Source: an uncultured archaeon
GTDB taxonomy: Archaea; Iainarchaeota; Iainarchaeia; Iainarchaeales; CSSED10-239
NCBI GenBank assembly: GCA_964496765.1
Contig: CAZCAP010000005.1
Location: 7,721 to 39,720, forward strand
Length of the DNA: 32,000 nucleotides
Direction: 5' to 3'
Part shown: piece after piece, positions 16,481-24,719 of the stretch
Layout: every line of letters starts with the position of its first letter
How positions within the stretch are numbered: position 1 is the stretch's first letter
Made by a program: the position numbers and the translations under genes
The notes under the pieces: model-generated
What the model saw: only the letters and a program-made list of their open reading frames with translations
Told to the model about the DNA's origin: nothing
The model's database searches: none

Positions 16481-16828
16481 TTATAATAATTTATATTTTG
16501 CTGTGAATTTATCAACTTCACTTTCTTTAATAGGACCTATTCCAATGCAAGTGAAATCAGGAGCTGGTAATTGAGTGTGAGCTGCATCTTTTATTAGAAC
16601 AGCAGTTAATTGATTTTTCACTTCTTGAAAGAGAGCAAGTAGTTCTTCTCTTGATTCAATTTTGAGCACAACTTTTTTTTGGCCTTCATCAAGCCAGGCT
16701 TCTGCAACCTTTGGATTTCTTTTAGAAGTTAGAATGTAGGATTCAACTGCTGCATGTGAGACCTGGGCAGCAATCTTGCCTTTCCCAAGTTTCAAATCAT
16801 TTCTAAAAATAATAACTTGTTTGTACAT
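16481..16828 (-). CDS. pth2: Peptidyl-tRNA hydrolase, archaeal/eukaryal type (Pth2)
   Basis: 115 aa. 'KQVIIFRNDLKLGKGKIAAQVSHAAV...GQKKVVLK...DAAHTQLPAPDFTCIGIGP'. Confidence 0.9.
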   Translation of the reverse strand: MYKQVIIFRNDLKLGKGKIAAQVSHAAVESYILTSKRNPKVAEAWLDEGQKKVVLKIESREELLALFQEVKNQLTAVLIKDAAHTQLPAPDFTCIGIGPIKESEVDKFTAKYKLL

Positions 16829-16880
16829 ATATTTTAATTGAATTCATTTATATTTGTTAAGATTTAAAAAAATAGATGAA

Positions 16881-17246
16881 TTATTCATCTATTGAATCAA
16901 GCTTTGTTAGAACAACATCAGAAGCTTCAAGTCCTAAATAGGTAACCTTCCAGGTTGTGTGATTTTTACCCCACATTGAAGTAATTTCTTTTGTTTCATT
17001 AATTGTAAGCTCAGTATTGTACTCATAGCCCTTGTGCTCGTTCTTAACCATGTACAATCTATCATATTCCATGATTATGTGCTTAGGATTTGCATGAACA
17101 ACCTTGAAGATGTTCTTTCCTCCATCCTCTTCAAACTCTTCATTAAGTTCAACATAAACAACCTTGTCTTCGAACTTGTTGTTTTTTGGTCTTTCCATGT
17201 CTGTTATTTTTCTTATTAAATGTATTTTTATTTCCATAATATTCAT
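16881..17246 (-). CDS. Hypothetical protein (~121 aa)
   Basis: The track ORF begins at a TTG. ATGs at 17246 and 17237 follow a GGAG motif, so the start is ambiguous. No recognisable motif. Confidence 0.45.
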   Translation of the reverse strand: MNIMEIKIHLIRKITDMERPKNNKFEDKVVYVELNEEFEEDGGKNIFKVVHANPKHIIMEYDRLYMVKNEHKGYEYNTELTINETKEITSMWGKNHTTWKVTYLGLEASDVVLTKLDSIDE

Positions 17247-17321
17247 CTTCTCCAAAATTCATTCCTATAAATATCTTATTGTTTGCTATAAAGAAGTAGA
17301 CAAATATATTTTTAAATATAT

Positions 17322-18323
17322 TTACCAGGTTATATTCACCTGATCAGTCCTAAATAGAGGATTAATTATGGTTTCTTTAAGATCCTGTGCACCATCAGCA
17401 AGATAATGTTTAAGCCCCAAATCTGCAATCATCACACCATTATCTAAGCAAACCTGGAAAGGAGGGATGTATAATTTAATACCTCTCTGATCACAGAACT
17501 TAATTAGCATCTCTTCTAGTGCTTTACTTGCTGCAACCCCCCCAATAACCATGAGTTCTTTCTTTTTTGTGTAGGATATACCTCTTTCAGAGACTTCAAG
17601 AAGCATTGCATAGGCTGTGTGCATGAAAGAATAAACTAAATCTTCTTTTTTCACCTTACCAATAAGCTTGGTTGCTGATGTTAATAACCCAGAAAAAACT
17701 ATATCCATTCCCTTAACTGAATAGGGAAGATCAATATAGTTATTAGATTCAAAATAGACCTTATCTAAGATTGGTCCACCTGGAAATCCATAACCTAATT
17801 CTCTTGCAAATGAATCAAATAGATTACCAATTCCAATATCTAATGTTTCACCTAAAATTTTATATTTATTATCATCTAAAGCAATTATTTGAGTGTTTGC
17901 TCCACTTGTGTAGATAACAAGTGGATCCTTAGCTTTCATTAATGTTTTTCCTATTTCAATGTGTGCAACACAATGATTAACTCCAACAATTGGTTTATTA
18001 TATTTAATTGATAATGTTCTTGCAAAAGTAGCACCCACTGATAAACAAGGACCTAGACCAGGGCCTTGAGCAAACGAGATAACTGAAATATCTTTCATTT
18101 TTAATTTTGCAATTGTTAATGCTTCCTTTAGAACATCAATAGCATTTGAATAATGAAATTGAGCTGCATCAAATGGTTTAATACCCTTGTCTGGTTGCTT
18201 GTATTGTTTTTTTACATTTGCAAGAATGATTCCATTAGAATCAATAATACCTATACCAAAGGTGTGAGCAGTTGATTCAATTCCAAGAGATATTAATCTT
18301 TCTTGTTTTTGTTTAGAAACCAT
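17322..18323 (-). CDS. kae1: tRNA N6-adenosine threonylcarbamoyltransferase Kae1
   Basis: 333 aa. 'LGIESTAHTFGIGII', 'GPGLGPCLSVG', 'GVNHCVAHIE', 'GGVAASKAL'. Stand-alone, with no Bud32 fusion. Confidence 0.9.
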   Translation of the reverse strand: MVSKQKQERLISLGIESTAHTFGIGIIDSNGIILANVKKQYKQPDKGIKPFDAAQFHYSNAIDVLKEALTIAKLKMKDISVISFAQGPGLGPCLSVGATFARTLSIKYNKPIVGVNHCVAHIEIGKTLMKAKDPLVIYTSGANTQIIALDDNKYKILGETLDIGIGNLFDSFARELGYGFPGGPILDKVYFESNNYIDLPYSVKGMDIVFSGLLTSATKLIGKVKKEDLVYSFMHTAYAMLLEVSERGISYTKKKELMVIGGVAASKALEEMLIKFCDQRGIKLYIPPFQVCLDNGVMIADLGLKHYLADGAQDLKETIINPLFRTDQVNITW

Positions 18324-18389
18324 AATTATAATATAGATTAGAAGAATTTAAAAAATGAAAAGAAAAAGAAAGATAATAGAAATAATTAT

Positions 18390-20786
18390 TTATTTCCAAT
18401 ATCCTGGATGATATAATTCCATAAAATTATCATAGAAATACAAATAATAAGCTGTTTTTCTCATGCTTGCATAAACTGACCAGCTATCAAGCTCTCCAGT
18501 ACCATCATGTATTTTATATGGATAATAATCATTCACAGCTGGTATTCCTTTTGTGAAGTTCTTTGCACCAGAATCACTTCCGATCATGTATTGATAAAAT
18601 GATCCAAATGCAGTATTTATTGCTAAATCTATACTCCCATTTGGTTTATCTATATCATCTATTCCTTTTGTTTTGAATTCTGTTTGAAGCTTATCTCTTG
18701 ATTCTAGGAAGATTGCAGCAGAAAGTATTAATCCTTTCTTATGATCTGTTTTTGCATCATTAACAAAGTTCAAATAATCTTGATTACTTGTTATTGTAAT
18801 GCGAGCATCTCTAACAAATTCAATTAATTTTGGATGTGAAGTTAAATAATCTATATTACTATTTCCCCAGGTATTTACATTTACTTGCCCAACACCAAAA
18901 GAAACACCATCAGTTCCAACAGTAACTGTTTTATCAAAATTGGATTCTGATCCAATAATAGCAAACCAAATTGCATGTTCTTCTTCAGTCATTTGCATTT
19001 CAGTAACAAGATCATTCATATCTTTTATCACTTCATTATCTTTTGTAAAGTTTAAAGAATCATATTTTATTTTTATTGTCATTTCTAGATTTGCATCAGA
19101 ATCTTTAATAATTTGTCCAGGACCAGTTATCCCTGTTTGATTTATGTCGCTATTTAAATCAACCATTCTAAATGAACATAATTTTTGATTAAATAAATCG
19201 CATTTTTCTGAGGTTGTTGGCTCTGGAGTTATTGAATCAGATATTCCACCAGCTACTCCAGGGATCCATTCAGGAAGTGATCCACCATAGAATTTAATTA
19301 ATTTTCTATTGTTTATTTTGTAAATATCCACATTGATACTATTTACATCATCTACATATACAAAGAAATAATAGTCATAATCAGTTGGAGTTCCAACAAG
19401 AAGATAGTTTCCACTATTGATTGGTGATATTTGATTTAAATTTTGTACATTAATTGAGCTACTAGTTAAATCTATTTTTTTAGTTAGATTTTGTCCAATT
19501 TCAAAAGATGTAGACACAGAACTACAATTATTTAGAGTACTTGGAGTATTCCAATCAGTATTAATTTTGTTTGAATAATAACAAGTATCTCCTGTTTTTC
19601 CAGAAACTGTAAATTGAATTGTTGCAGTATTTTTTGTAAAATAGCAAACATGATTATCACAAATATATCCGTCTCCACTTGCATTTACAGGAGTTAATGT
19701 TATGCCTGCTGAGGCTGGACCTGATGAAGGTGTTCTTGGTTGTGTTGTTGAATCCGGAGTATGGGCTGGATTATCGTTTGGAGAAGGACTAGTGCTACAA
19801 TCACTAGTATCAATTGTACATTTCTCTTTATTACATTTTAAATTACCACTTGTGTATTTTGAATCGTATGAAACACAGGTTTTAGATGTTACCATATTAT
19901 TTGCAGCCACTGGATTATTTAAATTATCTCTAAAGTAAATAGTACCATTTGATGAAACTTCACATTCTTCACTATATTCTAAATTACCATTTGCTACTCC
20001 AATACACTTAGAAGTTGTAGAACCTGGGTTTGTATTAGTAGTTGATCCAACTCTAATTGTGTAACTTGTAGCAAAATAGTTTGGAGTAGTAAATATCTTT
20101 GTCTCATCTGAAATTAATTGATAAGTATATCGACCAGGACTACTTTCTGATAACGCCTCCAAATTTGCATGACGCGTCATACTAAACATGGTTTTACTGT
20201 GCAACACATTATATCTTAATAAATAAACATAAAACACACCATTTGTCTTATCCTTATAATCATCAGAAGTTATATTTAACACCCCAGTTGATGGATCAAA
20301 AAAGTTATATCTACAAGAAATATCCGCAAATTTAATATCACTTAATCCCTTCTCTTTTAGTTTTGAAACTAAATCTTGACGAGAATTTCCGCAATAGTTT
20401 TCAAAATTATTACTAGAAAATATAGTCAGTGAATTTCCAGTATAAAATGATTCTGAAAGGGTACTATCTAAAATAGATTTACTTCCTGCATCTAATTCAT
20501 TTGGGAAATAAATCACAAAAACAGATAATTTTGAATCATCATAAATTGTCCAAGCTACATTTATTATATTTGGCATATTTCTTTGCCACGAATTACCTAA
20601 ATCTGTCTTAGGAATATTTGAATTTGTATAATTTATTACTAAATTTCCCGTGGTAGATGAATAGGTTCCATCTTTTATGTTTAGACGTTGATAACTAGCA
20701 GCACTTACAACTCCAAGATTTATTAAAAACATTAACGCAATTATTGCAAATAGAATATATCCTTTATACTTCATCTTTACCCACAT
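18390..20786 (-). CDS. Large secreted multidomain protein with a C-terminal lytic-transglycosylase/lysozyme-like (SLT-like) domain
   Basis: 798 aa. Signal/anchor 'YILFAIIALMFLINLGVVSAAS', a Cys-rich middle part, and a P/S/T linker ('STSPSPNDNPAHTPDSTTQPRTPSSGPASAG'). The C-terminal ~200 aa carry 'WFAIIGSESNFDKTVTVGTDGVSFGVGQVNVNTW', which resembles the SLT motifs ES-x-F ... G-x-x-Q-(I/V). Confidence 0.7.
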   Translation of the reverse strand: MWVKMKYKGYILFAIIALMFLINLGVVSAASYQRLNIKDGTYSSTTGNLVINYTNSNIPKTDLGNSWQRNMPNIINVAWTIYDDSKLSVFVIYFPNELDAGSKSILDSTLSESFYTGNSLTIFSSNNFENYCGNSRQDLVSKLKEKGLSDIKFADISCRYNFFDPSTGVLNITSDDYKDKTNGVFYVYLLRYNVLHSKTMFSMTRHANLEALSESSPGRYTYQLISDETKIFTTPNYFATSYTIRVGSTTNTNPGSTTSKCIGVANGNLEYSEECEVSSNGTIYFRDNLNNPVAANNMVTSKTCVSYDSKYTSGNLKCNKEKCTIDTSDCSTSPSPNDNPAHTPDSTTQPRTPSSGPASAGITLTPVNASGDGYICDNHVCYFTKNTATIQFTVSGKTGDTCYYSNKINTDWNTPSTLNNCSSVSTSFEIGQNLTKKIDLTSSSINVQNLNQISPINSGNYLLVGTPTDYDYYFFVYVDDVNSINVDIYKINNRKLIKFYGGSLPEWIPGVAGGISDSITPEPTTSEKCDLFNQKLCSFRMVDLNSDINQTGITGPGQIIKDSDANLEMTIKIKYDSLNFTKDNEVIKDMNDLVTEMQMTEEEHAIWFAIIGSESNFDKTVTVGTDGVSFGVGQVNVNTWGNSNIDYLTSHPKLIEFVRDARITITSNQDYLNFVNDAKTDHKKGLILSAAIFLESRDKLQTEFKTKGIDDIDKPNGSIDLAINTAFGSFYQYMIGSDSGAKNFTKGIPAVNDYYPYKIHDGTGELDSWSVYASMRKTAYYLYFYDNFMELYHPGYWK

Positions 20787-20872
20787 TTAAGTTAATTAGT
20801 TAGTCTAAAATATCTATATATTATATGGATACATTTAAAAAGGTTAATCTTGAGAGGAGAATAGAAAGAACT

Positions 20873-21460
20873 TTATTTGAGAATAGAAAGAACCTTCTCT
20901 TGTAGGTGAATAGGATATGCTGTTAAATATTCATTTAACTTCTTCTTATCTATCTTCTCTTTTATATCTTTTATAACTTCTTTTGAAAGAGAAGACTCTT
21001 CTTTATAATAAATAAAATCTATTAATGTCTTTTCTATGTCTGAAACTGGCACCTGTATATTATAATAATCTATAAAATCAAATCCAAAGAAGTATTTTCT
21101 GGTTATCCTATGGAGAACTATATTTCCTCCATCAAAAGATGATTTCACTCCAGATCTTACTTTCTTTGTAGTTATTATTACTGGATTTGTTTCTTGCTCC
21201 CATAGGTTCCTAAAAGATAAGGCTTCTTGTAAACCATAATAAAATGGAGAATAAGAAAATCCAGAAACCATGATGTCTTTTGCAAAAGTATATTTACCTC
21301 TAGTTATTCTTATTATTTCTTTCTTTTTTAATAGATTATGAATTAACTTTTGTAAATACTCATTTGATATTCCTTTTTCTTTAAGTAATAGAAACAGATC
21401 TCTCTTTGAAAAACCTAGTTTATCTTTATATCTTTCTTTAATTAATTGTAAGTATTTCAT
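20873..21460 (-). CDS. AbiEi-like antitoxin / wHTH transcriptional regulator
   Basis: 195 aa. N-terminal 'FSKRDLFLLLKEKGISNEYLQKLIHNLLKKKEIIRITRGKYTF' is the AbiEi N-terminal wHTH pattern ending in RGxY. Starts 13 nt downstream of the nucleotidyltransferase ORF. Confidence 0.6.
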   Translation of the reverse strand: MKYLQLIKERYKDKLGFSKRDLFLLLKEKGISNEYLQKLIHNLLKKKEIIRITRGKYTFAKDIMVSGFSYSPFYYGLQEALSFRNLWEQETNPVIITTKKVRSGVKSSFDGGNIVLHRITRKYFFGFDFIDYYNIQVPVSDIEKTLIDFIYYKEESSLSKEVIKDIKEKIDKKKLNEYLTAYPIHLQEKVLSILK

Positions 21461-21473
21461 AATTATCTTGATT

Positions 21474-22139
21474 TTATATATTAAATCTTCTTTTTAGTGC
21501 ATCCAGCATTTGCTTTACTGTTGGAACAACACCTGTTAAAATTATTGATTTAAAGATTGGTTCATCAACAGTTGATAAAGGAAATAACTTGATTAGTTCA
21601 ATTACTTGTTTTTTATATTCTTTATTATCTGAAATAAAATAACTTAAATAATAAACATCATAAATATCTCTAATTAATCTTCTATTAAGGTATGCGTTTG
21701 CTTTTTCAAGTAATAGATCTTCAACAGATAAGGTGTATATAGAGATAATACTTCCATCTATTTTTTCATATTCTCTAACTACTTTTTTTAAAAGAATTGG
21801 ATCTTTCTTTTTTAATATTCTTATTTCTACTCTAACATCGATTTTATTATTTGATGCTTTTGCAAAGATAACATTATCCGTTTGTTTGTATTTAATTAAA
21901 TTTAAATTTATTTTTTCTAATGTTTGTTTTATTTTTACTTGGATATCTCCTTGTTCAACTAAATAAAAATCAAGATCTTCTGAATATCTATTCCCACCAT
22001 AGCATCTCCATATTGTTGTTCCTCCATGTAATATTAAATCAGGTAGCACATCATAGAGATTAGTAATTAATTCATCTTGTAGATATCCTTGATCCTTATG
22101 ATATTGTTTCTTTAGTTTATTTGAGAGAGGTAGCCTCAT
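21474..22139 (-). CDS. AbiEii/AbiGii-family nucleotidyltransferase toxin-like protein (DUF1814)
   Basis: 221 aa. 'LILHGGTTIWRCYGGNRYSEDLDFY' matches the GGTAL...R.S.DlDF nucleotidyltransferase motif of AbiEii. Confidence 0.7.
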   Translation of the reverse strand: MRLPLSNKLKKQYHKDQGYLQDELITNLYDVLPDLILHGGTTIWRCYGGNRYSEDLDFYLVEQGDIQVKIKQTLEKINLNLIKYKQTDNVIFAKASNNKIDVRVEIRILKKKDPILLKKVVREYEKIDGSIISIYTLSVEDLLLEKANAYLNRRLIRDIYDVYYLSYFISDNKEYKKQVIELIKLFPLSTVDEPIFKSIILTGVVPTVKQMLDALKRRFNI

Positions 22140-22299
22140 AGTTTATCACAAATATATAAATAACCAAAAGGTATATAAAAAGGTACTTTTGGTCACCCAC
22201 ATGAAGAGACAAGACATAAATACTTTTATAAGTATTTTCTATCTTTATAATATATCTAAAGCAAATAATAGAGAGAACTAATGAAAAGGATAGAATTAT

Positions 22300-23748
22300 A
22301 TGACTATTAAATTATATAATACACTCACAAGAAAAAAAGGAATCTTTAAACCTGTTGAAAAAGGAAAATTAAAGATCTATGTTTGTGGTGTTACTGTTTA
22401 TGATGAAGTACATCTAGGTCATGCAATGTCCTATATCTATTATGATATGCTTATTAATTATTTTAAACATTTCCACAGCTATGATGTGCTATATGTTAGA
22501 AACATAACAGATGTTGGGCATATGACAACTGATGCTGATGGTGGAGAAGATAAAATAGAAAAAAGAGCAATTGAAAGAAAGATCCATCCAATGGAGCTTG
22601 TTTACAAGTATACCCATAGTATGTGGAAGAACTTTGATGCAATCAATCTTGATAGACCAAATCTTGAACCACAGGCATCAGCACACATTCTTGAAATGCA
22701 GGAATGGATTAAAAAAATGCTTAAAAATGGATTTGCCTATGAAGTAAATGGAAATGTGTATTATGATATCTCAAAATTTGAAAACTATGGTAAATTCTCA
22801 AACAATAATGTAGAGGACATGTTAAAAGATACAAGATTTAAGAATGATGAACAAAAAAAACATGCAGGAGATTTTGCTCTTTGGATAAAAGCAGAACCAA
22901 AACACATTTTAAAATGGCCATCTCCCTGGGGTGAAGGATACCCTGGATGGCATCTTGAGTGTTCAGTCATGGGAACCAAATATTTAGGAGATAAGTTTGA
23001 TATTCATGGAGGAGGAATTGAACACCTGTTCCCACATCATGAAAATGAGATTGCACAAAACTATGGATATTTTCAAAAAAGAGTAGTAAATAATTGGGTG
23101 CACACTGCTCTACTAATGGTTGATTCACAGAAGATGGGAAAATCTAAAGGTAATTACATAACCATAGAAGATTTCTTAAAAACACATTCACCTGAAAGCC
23201 TAAGATATCTTGTTCTCTCTGGGCACTATAGAAAACCACAAAATTATACAGAGAAAGCAATTACAGATTCAGAGAATGCAGTTGAAAGAATAAATAATTT
23301 TATTTTAAGATTACAAGATATTAAGAATGAGAAGGAAAGTAAGTTTGCAGAAGCAATCATTGAAAATTCAATTGCGAACTTTTCTAAACAAATGGATGAT
23401 GATTTAAATACACCTGCTGCATTTGCTGAAATATTCTTTTTAATTAAAGAAACAAATAAGTTGATTGATACTGATAAAATAAATGTTTCTGAAGCAGAAA
23501 AAATACTTAACTTTCTTAAAAAAATTAATTTCGTGTTTAAAATATTCACATTTATTAAGAAGGAAGATCCAAGCAAACCCAAAAAGAATAGAATCAAGGA
23601 ACCAGAAATACTTGAACAGATTAAAAAAAGAGATGAACTAAGAAAGAAGAAAAAATGGGAAGATGCAGATGTTATTAGAATGAATCTCCAGAAGAAGGGG
23701 GTTGTTCTTTTTGATAGTAAGGACGGAACCACCTGGAGATACGAATAA
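22300..23748 (+). CDS. cysS: Cysteinyl-tRNA synthetase
   Basis: 482 aa. 'LYNTLTRKK', HIGH-type 'VYDEVHLGHAMSY', 'WHLECS', 'HGGGIEHLFPHHENE', and KMSKS as 'KMGKSKGN'. Confidence 0.95.
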   Translation: MTIKLYNTLTRKKGIFKPVEKGKLKIYVCGVTVYDEVHLGHAMSYIYYDMLINYFKHFHSYDVLYVRNITDVGHMTTDADGGEDKIEKRAIERKIHPMELVYKYTHSMWKNFDAINLDRPNLEPQASAHILEMQEWIKKMLKNGFAYEVNGNVYYDISKFENYGKFSNNNVEDMLKDTRFKNDEQKKHAGDFALWIKAEPKHILKWPSPWGEGYPGWHLECSVMGTKYLGDKFDIHGGGIEHLFPHHENEIAQNYGYFQKRVVNNWVHTALLMVDSQKMGKSKGNYITIEDFLKTHSPESLRYLVLSGHYRKPQNYTEKAITDSENAVERINNFILRLQDIKNEKESKFAEAIIENSIANFSKQMDDDLNTPAAFAEIFFLIKETNKLIDTDKINVSEAEKILNFLKKINFVFKIFTFIKKEDPSKPKKNRIKEPEILEQIKKRDELRKKKKWEDADVIRMNLQKKGVVLFDSKDGTTWRYE

Positions 23749-23750
23749 AT

Positions 23751-24131
23751 TTATTTCTTTTTCTTGGATTTTTTTTCTATTTTTTTCTTTTCCAATGGAA
23801 ATACATCGTTTACACATTTCATACCATAATCAAATGTTTCTTTATCTAGATTAATTCCAATTCCTTTTCTTTCAAGCTCGTTCATGAATTCTCTCTTTGA
23901 AATTCCTACTAATCTTGCTCCCCCAGTTAGATCTAAATTGTTATCATAATAGGCTTTAATTGCGTTATCTAATTTATATTCATATACTCCTTTATCAAAA
24001 AACATTCTTGCAACTTCTGATTCAGTTAAATTTTTTTCTTTAGCAACCGCATAAATCACACTTAATGAACTATCAGACAACCTATATGATTTTAATTTTT
24101 TTAATTTATATTCACTCATAATTATTTTCAC
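23751..24131 (-). CDS. UPF0175-family antitoxin-like protein
   Basis: 126 aa (or 122 aa from MSEYKL at 24119, which gives an ATGAGTGA overlap with the upstream stop). 'AIKAYYDNNLDLTGGARLVGISKREFMNELERKGI' matches the UPF0175 HTH-like signature. Confidence 0.6.
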   Translation of the reverse strand: MKIIMSEYKLKKLKSYRLSDSSLSVIYAVAKEKNLTESEVARMFFDKGVYEYKLDNAIKAYYDNNLDLTGGARLVGISKREFMNELERKGIGINLDKETFDYGMKCVNDVFPLEKKKIEKKSKKKK

Positions 24132-24645
24132 CCTCTATTACTTTTAATCCCCATAAAGTAAATCTTGAATTAATACTTTTTTTCAATTGTATAATTTTAT
24201 CTCTTGCATCTTGTTTAGAAATTATATTTTTTCTATATAATATATAAACAAAATGAATACTAGTAAATAATCTTATCTTATTTTTTTCACAATACTGCAA
24301 TGGGCCATTATCATCTAATAACACACCCATATTTCTTTCTTTTGCGATTGTTAAAATATATATTTCTCCTGAATCTTCAGATAATTGTTGTTTAATATCT
24401 TTTGGAATCTCAAGTGGATTAATTAAAGTAATTAATCCTGCATCAATAAAAGATTTAAATAAATCTGCATCTTTTGGAGTATATAATTCTCTCTTTGGAT
24501 GATCAAGCAACTCCTCCCTTACTTTCTCTGTTGAATAAAGTTCAAAATAATCCAGGAGATATTTAGCAAGATCTATTTTATTTATATTTATCCAAAATGA
24601 AGAATCAATAACTGCTTTAACCTTAGTATTACTCATATAACACAT
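24112..24645 (-). CDS. DUF3368-family PIN-like nuclease (putative toxin)
   Basis: 177 aa. 'AVIDSSFWININKIDL...', 'GEIYILTIAKERNMGVLLDDNGP...', and a C-terminal 'IHFVYILYRKNIISKQDARDKIIQL' fit the DUF3368/PIN partner of UPF0175. Confidence 0.6.
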   Translation of the reverse strand: MCYMSNTKVKAVIDSSFWININKIDLAKYLLDYFELYSTEKVREELLDHPKRELYTPKDADLFKSFIDAGLITLINPLEIPKDIKQQLSEDSGEIYILTIAKERNMGVLLDDNGPLQYCEKNKIRLFTSIHFVYILYRKNIISKQDARDKIIQLKKSINSRFTLWGLKVIEGENNYE

Positions 24646-24719
24646 ATGTAGTACAAAAGGTTTAAAAAGTGTATTCTTTTGTAATACACACCTAAATTAA
24701 ATCTAATAAATTATATGGA

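Noticed and set aside
18390-22139. Possible diversity-generating retroelement targeting the large surface protein
   Set aside because: DGRs are known in small-genome archaea and target surface proteins. However, no reverse-transcriptase-like ORF exists in the window, and I could not see a template/variable repeat pair by eye. A computational repeat search would be needed to exclude short TR/VR pairs.
23244-23732. 162-aa minus-strand ORF inside cysS
   Set aside because: It lies entirely within the well-supported CysRS gene on the opposite strand, and its S/F/L-rich low-complexity sequence is the mirror of a K/E-rich coding region.
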